From assembly GCF_004010195.1 (NCBI RefSeq), contig NC_057719.1:93823076-93887075 (forward strand): a DNA stretch of 64,000 bases, in the 5' to 3' direction. Positions 13,345 through 25,070 of this stretch are shown in pieces (within the stretch, counting starts at the first letter, position 1; each line of letters opens with the position of its first letter). Below the pieces are notes generated by a model that ran no database searches, was not told the DNA's origin, and was given only the letters and a program-made list of their open reading frames with translations. A program made the position numbers and the translations under genes. This DNA comes from Chiloscyllium plagiosum (Eukaryota).

Positions 13345-14119
13345 ATGTACAATAACTTTGATAATTAACAGTCATGAATAAATGTGTCAGTGACAGAATG
13401 AATATAACAATGGCTATGAGACAGAAAGGGCTGCTACCAGTGACTGAGGAGACCTGAGTGGAGTACTGTAATATCTCCCACTCATGTGTATTCAGACATC
13501 ACTGTTTCTGACAAATGGAATGAAATGCAATGCCGAGCAAGATAACTGATGAACTTTTGTTACATGGAATGCTGAACAACAATGTGAATAGAACAGGACA
13601 AATTTAAATGTGATGTGCAAAATTATATCTTATATACAGACTGGTTAATCACAGGTTATACAGGTTGTTAAGATTGTTTATATCTGGACAGGATGTTCAG
13701 AAATAAAAACAGACACTGATAACAAAATGTGTTGGGTTACTGTGAGTTGCAGCAGAGTAACAATTAGGATACAGCTCATGTCGAACTGGAACACAGATGA
13801 TGGACTGCATGGCAACCATCTATGCTGAAATTATTCAGAGAAATGTATTGAAAATGTTCAGAGACTAAGGAGACAAGTTTAGACATAAAATGTCATAATT
13901 GATAAACTATTTTATTTTTACATCAAGTGGAGCTGTCTCTAAAAGGCCCTTTACATCAAAATCACTTTGATGAGATCTGCGCATTTATTTTCAGAAGTTA
14001 AAGAAGAAGCAGACTCCAGTGTAATACACGTGTCACCGGCACAAGCAATGGGTACAGGAATGGAGCATATTGACCAAATATAACCGGGGACAACATCCAG
14101 ACCAATCAAGAAAAAGCAA

Positions 14120-14340
14120 AATATTAGAGGTAGTGGAAATCTGAAATACAAATGCAAAATGATGGAGAAATGCAACAGATGACGCAGCATCTGGGCAGAG
14201 AAACAGAGTTAACGTATCAAGTCTTAGATGAACCTGTTCTGAACAAGTTACTTTCGACTCGAAAAGAGTTAATTCCATTTTTCTCTGCTCCGATACTGCC
14301 TGAATTGCTGGGTTTCTCTCAAGCATTTTCAATTGTTTCA
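14120..14340. mobile_element. Old, degenerate Penelope-type fold-back mini-element
   Basis: Imperfect inverted repeat GCAGCATCTGGGCAGAGAAACAGAGTTAAC ... GTTAATTCCATTTTTCTCTGCTCCGATACTGC. Confidence 0.55.
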
Positions 14341-14630
14341 ATGGCAGGAGATAGAGAGTAATGGTGGGCACTTGCTTTTTTTGGACTGGATGCTTGTACC
14401 CAGCAGTGTTCCACAGAGGTTGGTTCTTTGTTTTCATTGCTTGTATTTTATGTAAATGATTTGCGTGAGAATATCGAAGGCATGGTTCGTAAGTTTGCGG
14501 ATAACACCAAAACTGGTGACCTAGTAGACGGTGAAGAAGGGGTTCTACGATTACAAAAGGATCTCGATGAAATGGGTCAATAGACTGACAAATAGCAGAT
14601 AGAGTTCAAGCTGGATGAATGTGAGGGGCA
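14340..14630 (+). mobile_element. CR1 LINE RT fragment
   Basis: AVFHRG/VPQG-like region followed by KFADNTKTG motif. Confidence 0.7.
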
Positions 14631-14689
14631 GGTAATAGTGTGTGTTTGCTGCTTTCTGATGCACCAGGAATGGGATGATTTTAATCCCC

Positions 14690-16260
14690 ATCTCCTGGGT
14701 TCAAAACATCGCTATCCTTTCTGGTCTTTGACTGGCCTTACTTTCTTGCTGTTAATGTAGTTGCACAATGTCTTTGGATTATCCTTAACCTTATCTGCCC
14801 ATGCTGTCTCATATCTCCTTCTTGCTTTCCTGATTTCTCTTGAAATAATGTCCCACAGTCTTTATATTGACTGAGATTAAATTGAGTAAAGTTGTCCATA
14901 TCTAAACTAAGGGTTTCCTTGATTCTTGAATAAAAGCTCAATACCTGTACTTTACCATTGCTCCTTAATATTAGCAGCCTTACTCTTCACTCTTACTGGA
15001 ACATAATGCCTCTCAACTACCGTCGTCATACTGTTGAACGCTTCCCACTTGTCAGACAGCGTTTTACCTGCTAACAGACTACTCCAATCAAACTTGATAA
15101 GTCCTTATCCCATGCCATTAACATTTATTGAACTCCAGTTAAAAAAATAAAGCCTTATTCTTTTCCATAACCATTATGAAACTAATAGCGTTATGATTGC
15201 AATACCCAACATATTCCCTCGTTTCCTTCAGTCACTTGCCCTGCCTCTTGCACAAAAGAAGGCATGGTTTGCTCCTTCTCTGTTAGAATCATCCTCATAT
15301 TGATGAGATATGTCTCCTTGAACATATTTGACAAATTCTTCACCATCCAACCCTTCCTTACATGGAAATAAATGCAATTTCGTGCTTCATAATTACAATA
15401 TACTCTTGACTCTCTCGTTTTTCTTTTCTAGGTGACGTGCTCTCCTCATATTCATAAACTTCTCTAACCATCCTACCATTTGTACTGCTACTTGGAATAT
15501 CATCCTTGCCGTCTCTATCAATATAACGTCTCCCTTCATAGAATGAGCAAATCTCCCTGTTAAGATATTCGTTGCTTTACAGTTTAGATTCAACCAATCC
15601 ATTCGGAACAACCAATCCATTCGGAATAGATTCCAATTTCCCAAAAATCTAAATCCCTCAACAACACAGTAGCTCTTCAGCCATTGATTTTTCTCCTTTA
15701 ACCCTTTGTTCCTTCCCAGCTGAGTTTGGCATTGGGAGTAAATTAGGAAGTATTGCATTAAAGGTTTTTGTTTTTAAATACTCTACCTCACCTCTTAAGT
15801 TCACTCTGTATTATTTTAATCTTTCCCTGAAAAATATCATTCCTGCCAATATCTACAATAATGTTTGGCTACTCAATTTCACCTTTAACAACGTGCTTGA
15901 AATGTTTCAAGACGTTCTTAACCCTAGCACAGGGAAAGCAACAAACCACCCTAAATTAACGAACACTGCCCCAGAATTTCCTGTTGATGGCCCGATAGAA
16001 AAGTCCACTGAAGCAACAATTCTACTAAATCTTCTCAAACGCCGCTAAACATAAGAATAATTCCAAGTGTCCAATAATTGATTGCTCTTCCATTTTCCTC
16101 AGAAAGACAATCTCCTTCTGCTGTTCGAAAAGCCGAAAATCATTTTGATAGAGGAATAGCCACCGGAGAATTTTGAACTACTTGCTTATCTTTCCTGACA
16201 GCCACACATCTATATGACTGATTTGCTGGAAAACATTACTTTCTAAATCTTCCAGCCATC
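14690..16260 (-). mobile_element. Decayed CR1 LINE 5' half including ORF1 esterase-like domain
   Basis: ORF 15393-15758 GFRFLGNW...DWLNLNCKATNILTGRF resembles the CR1 ORF1 SGNH-like DGLHLN region; ORF2 endonuclease remnants at 14700-15350. Confidence 0.65.
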
Positions 16261-16797
16261 CTCTCTGTCCCTTATATGTGACCTTAATAATATTATGCCA
16301 AAAGCAGCACTTTTTAATGACACCTTATGTTAACTTTCATTGCCTACAGTCAGTAATGTTAAAATTGAAAAATATATGCATATGTGTATCAAACATAGAA
16401 AAATTAAACAAAATCAACCATTTAGCTAAATAAATGAATAAAAAATATTCCACTTCAATATACTTCAAAAAGAAAGTCGTCTTCTCCAGAGCTGAATTTG
16501 TGTCTGTCTCCCTTTCGGAATGGCAGGCGGTGACCAGTGTGATACCATAGGGATCAGTGCTGGGACCGCAGCTTTTTACAGTATATATTAATAATATAGA
16601 AAATGATATTAATAGTAACATTAACAAATTTGCTGATGAAACAAAGCTGGGTAGCAGGGTGAAAGGTGAAGAGGATTATAGGAGATTACAGGGTGACAGT
16701 GGACAGGTGCATTGCAGATGCAGTTTAATGTGGATAAATGTATGGTTATCCACTTTGGTGGCAAGAACAGCTAGGCAGATTACTACCTAAATGGAGT

Positions 16798-17019
16798 TGA
16801 AACTTTATTGCTGGAACAGCACAGCAGGTCAGGCAGCATCTAGGGAACAGAAGATTCGACGTTTCGGGCACATGCCCTTCTTCAGGAATGATTCCTGAAG
16901 AAGGGCATGTGCCCGAAACGTCGAATCTTCTGTTCCCTAGATGCTGCCTGACCTGCTGTGCTGTTCCAGCAATAAAGTTTCAACTTTGATCTCCAGCGTC
17001 TGCAGACCTCACTTTCTCC
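16798..17019. mobile_element. Young Penelope-derived fold-back mini-element (perfect 95-bp palindrome arms)
   Basis: Arms 16795-16889 and 16891-16985 are exact reverse complements; 17-bp TSD TACTACCTAAATGGAGT at 16781-16797 and 17020-17036. Confidence 0.93.
16891..16926 (+). ncRNA. Minimal type I hammerhead ribozyme motif (mirror copy on minus strand 16854-16889)
   Basis: ATTC-CTGAAGA-A-GGGC(ATGT)GCCC-GAAA-CG-TC/GAAT: conserved core, 4-bp stems I and II, palindromic ACGT stem III; predicted cleavage after C16922. Confidence 0.8.
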
Positions 17020-18149
17020 TACTACCTAAATGGAGTCAAGTGAGGTAAAGGGGCAGTACAAAGAGATCTGGGTGTTCTTGTACGCCAGTCAATGACAAGC
17101 ATGTCGGTGCAGCAGGTAGTGAAGAAAGCTAATAGCATGCTGGCCTTCATAACAAGACGGATTGAGTATAGAAGCAAAGAAGTCCTTCTGCAGCTGCAAA
17201 GGGCCTGGTGAGACCACACCTGGAATATTGTGTGCAGTTCTGGTCTCCAAATTTGAGGAAAAACATTCTGGCTATTGAAGGAGTGCAGCGTAGCTTCACG
17301 AGGTCAATTCTGGGAATGGTGGGACTATCTTATGTTGAAATATTGAACCGACTGGGCTTGTATACCCTTGAGTTTAGAAGACTGAGAGGGGATCTGATTG
17401 AGACGTATAAGATTATTAAAGGATTGGACACTCTGGAGGCAGGAAACATATTTCTGCTGATGAGTGAGTCCCGAACCAGAGGACACAGCTTAAAAATAAG
17501 GAGTAGGTCATTTAGGACAGTGATGAGGAGAAACTCATTCTCTCGGAGAGTGGTGGCTGTGTGGAATGCTCTGCCACAGAAGGAATCTCTGGATTCATTT
17601 AAGAAAGAGTTGGATAGAGCTCTCAAGGATAGGGGAATCAAGAGTTACGGAGATAAGGCAGGAACAGGATACTGATTGAGGATGCTCAGCCATGATCATA
17701 ATGAATGGTGGTGCAAGCTCTAAGGGCAGAATGGCCTACTCCTGCACCTATTGTCTATTGTCTATTGTAGACAGAAAGTTTCTTCAGCTCTGCCTATTGC
17801 AATGAAAACGATACAATGAAAATTATCCCGGACCACGTAGAACATAAATGTTGCAGTGAAAGCCACCAAAACCTAATCCAATACTAATTACGTACAATCT
17901 TAGCTAATAAAACATACAGAGGCGCATAGTATAAAAGGAGAATTCAGCTCCATATCCAAAATAAAATTTGTGGCTCCCTCATAAAATAAAACCCAACTGC
18001 ATCATGCTGCAAATTCACCAAAATAGGAAAAGCAAGAGACTGGAATTCTCGATTCTTTCCCTGTGAACAACATCTGAAGAACAGGAGAAAATCAAGGCTT
18101 AGTTGTGAACTTCATAAACGATGATGATGAGAATGGGAGGGATGGAGTT

Positions 18150-18510
18150 TGAGGGGAATGATAATTAAATTTGTGGATGACAGAAAGATGAGCTAGTGGT
18201 TCACAGTAAGGAGGAATGTGTGAGGGTACAGGAGGGTATAAACCGGTTGTTCAGGTGGATAGATCAAACGGTGATGAAATTTCACACTGATAAATGTGAT
18301 ACCTTTCTGAAGTTCCAAGCAAGAGTGTACTCAAACTGAAAAAATCCCAGATTTACTTGATTTCACTTTTAAGCAAAGAAGGTTGAGAGGTGCTCCTGAT
18401 GGAGGTGTTTAGCAGCATGAGGGGTCTAGACAGGGTGAACAGAGAACAGGTCTTCCCCTTACTCCGAGGCTCAATAATAAGGAGACAAACTTTTAAAGTG
18501 AAAGTGGACT
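18150..18510 (+). mobile_element. Highly decayed CR1 3' fragments
   Basis: KFVDDRK-like and RRLRG-like remnants. Confidence 0.5.
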
Positions 18511-19169
18511 CACCATTAATCTAAACTGTATAAAAAACTTTCCTATTTCTAAATGTATTTGGTTTTAAAATAGTTCCCGATTTATATTGCCTCCTGAGAA
18601 ATGTGATGTTGAAGCAGAGATTTTGTTTTGTGATCCAGGTTCCCTGTTCCTCGTGCCTCAGTTTCGCAATCTGTGCATTTTAATAATGCACTGTGTTTCC
18701 TTTCAACTTGCCATTGTGCTCAAACACAGACACATTTTCCCAAGTATGATCCACAAATCAATATTTGCCCGTTCCCTTGACATGCCTAGACCTTTTTAAC
18801 GACTTATATCCGCTTCACATTTTCCTTTTCTAACCTTTTCAATATTTGTATTCTCCCACAATACATTCAAAACTTTTTCCATAACATATAGATTGTGGAT
18901 ACTTTCTAACAGTATTGATAATGTAATATTTTTACACAATATTGAAACCATAAAGTTGCAACAATGCTGAGTGTTTTGTTGTCCCATCACCCAGCTCCCA
19001 GCCTGCAGTTGCAGCAAATAGTCATTAAATCTCAAATGAATTGCCAAGTCTTTACTTCTGATCTAAATGGTCATTTGTCCCTTTATTACGAAATGGGCAT
19101 ATTAATTACGGACTGTCTGTCTGACTGCAACATTTTGATGTGGTTTACTCCAGGCAATTAAACATTAGG

Positions 19170-19910
19170 AGGTAAGAACAGGGATAGGCCATCTACGACA
19201 GGCCTGCTGTCGTAAACAACAAGGCCAGACTGCGGTATTTTCTCCACACTGACGTCATGTTCCCTGCACACAGAGCAACCTGCACCTCCCTCAACCAAAC
19301 CCCTCGACCCCTGTTACCCCAGCCACCAACGGTGAATAAAATCCAAGAACTGTAGATGGACCAAACAAGAAAATAGAAATTAGCAGTGGCAGTAGAAAAT
19401 TCAACTGTGCAATTATCCACTTTAAACACCGTCTGCCAGATATAGCAATCTGACCCATTTTCTATGTCTATCAATATTTAGCTGTAAACTATTTAGCTCC
19501 TCATTACAGCCTGTTTGAAAACCTCTGTGAATTTAATTACTACACTCTGTCTCTCCTTCCAGGTGATTTGGGCAGATTGCAAACAATTGAGGTTTGAAAA
19601 CTGAACCCTCATTAGTTTCGGTTCGCCAGAGAAAGACCATTTAGCCAGAAGCTCTGCTTTCTGTTAGTCAGCCAAACCTCCATTCAATTCAATACTCTAC
19701 CCTTCACCCCTCCAATCTAACCTGCTGGATCAGTACTTTTCGCAGCACCTTGTCAAATGCCTTCTGAAGTTTAGATGTACAGCATTTACTGCATCCCCAT
19801 TAACCAGCTTGTTGGTTACATTCTAAAATAACCCCAGCAGGTATGTCAAGCACAACCTGCCCACCATGAAACCGTGCTGACATGGTGAATTCATCTTTGT
19901 TTTTCCAAGT
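19170..19910 (-). mobile_element. Decayed CR1 LINE 3' portion
   Basis: Reverse complement contains CR1 3' UTR-like end and DFxKAFDKV / QHGFM motifs (19745-19880). Confidence 0.65.
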
Positions 19911-19966
19911 GTTCAGTTCACACTACATCTTTCCCAGATCAATGATGACACCTTATTATATATGGC

Positions 19967-20489
19967 TGTGGGAAATAAGAAATGTAGTTTTCAGCAGGCT
20001 ATATAGAAATGTAATTGTTGTTAGTGCTAGTGGAGTGTAATTTCTGTAGATGGGGAGGGGTGAGACATTATACAAACGGTCATGGAATTATTCTAGCATG
20101 TAGTATACTTAAGGCTAAGAATTTAATGAATATAGGGGGTGTTTTAAAGAAGTAGTTTATAAAGAAAATAGTTTTAAGCTAGGAAATAACTATGGAGTGT
20201 TGAAGCTGACCACAATAAAGCTTATAGTAACAAGACAAAGAATGCAGTCATCCAGGAACGGCTTGGTACAGAGATAAGGGAATTGAAAACAAGTGAGGTA
20301 ACCGACTTGTGATAGGACCAATGGGAAAAGGGAGGCGTGAGCCTGCAAAACACAAACTGTAGAAAAACTGATATCTTTGCACTCTTTGCCAGGCGAGCGG
20401 GGTGCCTGGACTTGCAAGTTTGTAATAAATTGTCCTTATTTCCATGGCTTTGTCTCCAGCTGATTTGTAAGTGAGTTTTGTTTCTAACA
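19967..20489 (+). mobile_element. Solo LTR, ERV family A
   Basis: TGTGGG...TAACA; closely similar to LTRs at 38511-39001 and 45463-46072; 4-bp TSD TGGC/AGGC supported by the empty site ATATGGCTGAGGATGCT at ~35962. Confidence 0.92.
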
Positions 20490-21576
20490 AGGCCGAGGAT
20501 GCTAATCGTAACATGTATTGAAATGAATCAAATCCTGATTATAGGAATGATTACTGATAGTTTACCAGTCCAAAACTTATGATAAAAATGTAATTGTGGC
20601 TCATTACATTGTGAACAGATCCGTATTAAACGAAGTTACCTGTTTATCGAGACAATATTGAAACAAATACCTTGTCAAATGCTGTGGACTGCATTTTTCT
20701 GTGAAAAGTTCCTTATTTTCTTTATAATTCTGCCTCAAATGTCTCAATATTGATGATATGAAAAATTGCATGAATTAAATATAATGCATAATTTGTTCTT
20801 ATTGTATACTATATTTCTCCAGAAGAAAAGGAGAGAAACCAAGCATACAATTCTTGAAGGTATGAGAATTTTGAATAACAAACCATTTCTGATCAATGTT
20901 CACTGACTGTCTAACGTCTTTCCAAACCATCATGCCAGAATTTTCATTCTCAGTTGACCGATGTTAAGAAATATCTAGTTAACCATAAAGCAAACCTGTT
21001 TGGAAATATTGAATCATTTACTTTGCTAGAGTTCTAAACTTACTTGCCAATGTATTGTCATTCCAAAAATCACACAGTAATTCAGTTTAGGTTTTGTAAC
21101 AAACACCGTCAAATTCAGATTTTAATTTAATCCATTTTTACTTAGTGCCAATATCACAAAGAATAATAGTTCTCTTATTCAAGATCAACACAACCACAAA
21201 CTAACTAATCATTCCCCATCCAACACTCACAGATAATATCTGTTCCCTTCTCATTTGAATGTCCACAGAAATCATTGGATTAATATTCAGTCTTACATAT
21301 TAAACGTCTGATTGTTTTACACTCCAATAAATACTGTTCATTTTTACATATCATGGGCAGCTATGTGCAATTTCTAATCATTTTAAGTTTGCTATGAAAC
21401 GTTTTTATGATTAACTGTTGCTTATATTTAAGAATTCATAATTGACCAAATCCAGTATATCCAGCTTTAAGTGTGAAATTAAGACTCAGTGACGTAAACG
21501 TATTGAACTGTACACATACCAATGGTAGCAAATGGTGATTTTTATTTTAATACTTGAGTCATAGTTGATTTTATTT

Positions 21577-24502
21577 TGTGGGCATGGCCTGCTTCCATCT
21601 GGAACAGACTGGTCCATGTTGGCTCATACAAAATGCCTGACAATCAAAAAGAGGCAGACTACCTTAGAACTAAAATACAAAGTGTCAGAGGGATGATAAA
21701 CATGACGAACAGTTTGTTCCAGCATTTCATTAAAAACTACCAATGGACCTATTCCAACGCCAGGACTTTAGCATTCCAGACAGTTTTTGATAAGAGCATG
21801 CCAGCATATAGACAAATGACCAATCCTGATCTTCATAAATGAAAGGATAACTGTCCTAGTAAATGAATAAACAGCAGCTGCAGGGTGCATGCCAGTTAAC
21901 TCACGAAGCAGCTATTATGACAACAGAAGAGTTCGTTTGCCAGAAATAGTTATTATTTCAAAGTTACCCAGAACATTAAACAAAGGTTCTAATTACTGAT
22001 TCTTGAGAATAATAGGTAATTTGCAACAAAAGTTAGATACATGTAACCAATGCCTATTAAAAAGCATTATAGAAAAGCATTTTGACTTAGACGTGAAGTT
22101 AACTAGTTTTAGGAATTGGCTTCAAGGTATGATGTTCACTGCCCATTAATTATAAAGTCCTGACAGTAAGAGTAGCTGTATAATTTTACACGGTATAACT
22201 AACTTTATAACACAAGTCATATTACTAATCTTATAGCAAGTAAATTAAAACTAACTGTCTTTTGCATTTCTTTGTACATATATAATTAGGGCAGTGAAAA
22301 ATATGAGGAGTAATTGATTTTGATAAAATGAAAAAAACGAATAACAGAATTCACAAAGTCCCTACAGATAAGGCATCCCTAAAGGCCCGAGGGAGTGCAG
22401 CAATAACATTGGAATGCGAATGAAAAGGTGCATGCAAAGATCCCAAGGCCAGGAGATTGTACTACCTGTTCACCAACATGAGATGATAGGAATCCATGAG
22501 CATGCACATCTGAGATTATGTTCTGGATTAGTGGTGCTGGAAGAGCACAGCAGTTCAGGCAGCATCCAAGGAGCTTCGAAAGCGACGTTTCAGGAAAAAA
22601 CCCTACATCGGGAATAAAGGCAGTGAGCCTGAAGCGTGGAGAGATAAGCTAGAAGAGGGTGGGGTGGGGAGAAAGTAGCATCTCGGGGGTGGGGGAGAGG
22701 GTGGAGTGGATAGGTGGAAAAGCAGATAGACAGGTAGGACAAGTCAGACAAGTCATGGGGAAAGTGCTGAGCTGGAAGTTTCGAACTAGGGTGAGGTGGG
22801 GGAAGGGGAAATGAGGAAACTGTTGAAGTCCACATTGTTGCCCTGGGGTTGAAGTGTTCCGTGGTGTAGGATGAGGCGTTCTTCCTCCAGGCGTCTGTTG
22901 GTGAGGGAGCGGTGGTGAAGAAGGCCCAGGACCTCCATGTCCTCGGCAGCGTGGGAGGGGGAGTTGAAATGTTGGGCCACGAGGCGGTGTAGTTGATTGG
23001 TGCGGGTGTCTGGAGATGTTCCATAAAGCGCTCTGCTAGGAGGCGCCCAGTCTCCCCAATGTAGAGGAGACCGCATTGGTAGCAACGGATACAATAAATG
23101 ATATTAGTGGATGTGCAAGTAAAACTTTGATGGATGTGGAAGGCGCCTTTCGGGTCTTGGATAGAAGTGAGGGAGAAGATGTGGGCGCAGGTTTTACAGT
23201 TCCTGCGGTGACAGGGGAAGGTGCCAGGATGTGAGGGTGGGTTGTAGGGGGGCATGGACCTGACCAGGTAGTCACGGAGGGAACGGTCTTTGCGGAAGGC
23301 AGAAAGGGGTGACGAGGGAAATATATTCCTGGTGGTGGGATCTGTTTGGAAGTGGTGGAAATGTCGGCAGATGATTTGGTTTATGCGAAGGTTGGTAGGG
23401 TGGAAGGTGAGCACCAGGGGCGTTCTGTCCTTNNNNNNNNNNNNNNNNNNNNNNNNNNNNNNNNNNNNNNNNNNNNNNNNNNNNNNNNNNNNNNNNNNNN
23501 NNNNNNNNNNNNNNNNNNNNNNNNNNNNNNNNNNNNNNNNNNNNNNNNNNNNNNNNNNNNNNNNNNNNNNNNNNNNNNNNNNNNNNNNNNNNNNNNNNNN
23601 NNNNNNNNNNNNNNNNNNNNNNNNNNNNNNNNNNNNNNNNNNNNNNNNNNNNNNNNNNNNNNNNNNNNNNNNNNNNNNNNNNNNNNNNNNNNNNNNNNNN
23701 NNNNNNNNNNNNNNNNNNNNNNNNNNNNNNNNNNNNNNNNNNNNNNNNNNNNNNNNNNNNNNNNNNNNNNNNNNNNNNNNNNNNNNNNNNNNNNNNNNNN
23801 NNNNNNNNNNNNNNNNNNNNNNNNNNNNNNNNNNNNNNNNNNNNNNNNNNNNNNNNNNNNNNNNNNNNNNNNNNNNNNNNNNNNNNNNNNNNNNNNNNNN
23901 NNNNNNNNNNNNNNNNNNNNNNNNNNNNNNNNNNNNNNNNNNNNNNNNNNNNNNNNNNNNNNNNNNNNNNNNNNNNNNNNNNNNNNNNNNNNNNNNNNNN
24001 NNNNNNNNNNNNNNNNNNNNNNNNNNNNNNNNNNNNNCTACTTTCTCCCCACCCCCACCCTCCTCTAGCTTATCTCTCCACGCTTCAGGCTCACTGCCTT
24101 TATTCCTGGTGTAGGGTTTTTGCCTGAAACGTCGATTTCGAAGCTGCTTGGATGCTGCCTAAACTGCTGTGCTCTTCCAGCACCACTAATCCAGAATATG
24201 GTTTCCAGCATCTGCAGTTATTGTTTTTATCTCATCTGAGATTATGTGTTTGGTCTGGGTGCCTGCATGAGGAGGGAAGGGCTTTAACCACATTGCATAT
24301 GGCCATCGTAATACAGCAAGTTCATAAAAATGTTGCTTTTTACTGTACACTTTTCAGTGTGTCATGGATCTCCCTTCTGAGAGTGGCCTCGGGTGATGAT
24401 CCCTTCATTAACTCCTTGCTGCATGAGTAAACATCTTTCACTTGCCTGAGCTCTGCCTGTCTCCTGAGTCTTCATTCCCTGTCAGGGGAAAACACTCCCA
24501 CA
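21577..24502 (+). mobile_element. Putative solo LTR of a third ERV family (~1.2 kb without the Penelope insertion)
   Basis: TGTGGG...CCCACA termini; absent from the paralogous array copy at ~31700; CATAAAA TATA-like and AGTAAA polyA-like signals near the 3' end. Confidence 0.65.
22522..24232. mobile_element. Neptune-type Penelope insertion with inverted termini; gap at 23433-24037
   Basis: Minus ORF 22590-23414 with Cys-rich linker PCHRRNCKTC and GIY-YIG IIYCIRCYQCGLLYIGETGR; 24038-24196 is the inverted copy of 22521-22679; 15-bp TSD CATCTGAGATTATGT at 22507-22521 and 24233-24247. Confidence 0.92.
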
Positions 24503-24949
24503 GCTATGATTGAATTTCAATTCAATACAAACATTTATTGTGTGTGAAATGATTACATTCAGAGCGATATTATTTTCATGATAAATTTGCTTCACATTTG
24601 CTTTTTTTGGTGTACAAGAAAACAATGGGTGTATATCCATTTCTTCTGTAGATCAACTGACACTAAATTTTAAATTATTGTAAAGCATACAATGGGGGAA
24701 ACGGGAACTAGTCTTCAGCTCAAATGTCACATTAAATGATTGTTTCCTTTTTTTCAAATCATGTGCCTTCCAAAATGATTTTTTATTTTCATTTCATTTT
24801 AAGAAAAAATTGCTTGGAGATGTTGACAATTTTCCTTTACCTTCCATGTTCGTTGTTAATGTTCAATAATCGCAAAATTGTGAGTATTCCTTTCCGCACC
24901 AAATGTCATTGATTCTATCTTATGTTCGCAGTAATATTACTTTCATGTG

Positions 24950-25070
24950 TCAGGTGCATCAGTCAAGGAGAAATAGGCCTGAATCGGTTACTCTTTGGAG
25001 GATCAGTGTGCATTAGTTGGGCTGAAGGACCTGTTCCAAACTGGAGGGAATCTAATCTAATCTAATCTAA
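24950..25070 (+). mobile_element. HE1-type SINE/LINE 3' tail fragment
   Basis: GGGCTGAAGGACCTGTTCC followed by (AATCT)n. Confidence 0.7.

Larger units (their letters stand above)
16510..17768 (+). mobile_element. 5'-truncated CR1 LINE (RT C-terminus and 3' tail)
   Basis: GSVLGPQLFTVYINN, KFADETKLG, RPHLEYCVQFWSP, RRLRGDLIETYKI; (CTATTGT)n tail. Confidence 0.92.

Noticed and set aside
23290..24114. Long ORFs of 274 and 240 aa (also 7421-7661)
   Set aside because: Artefacts of translating through N gaps
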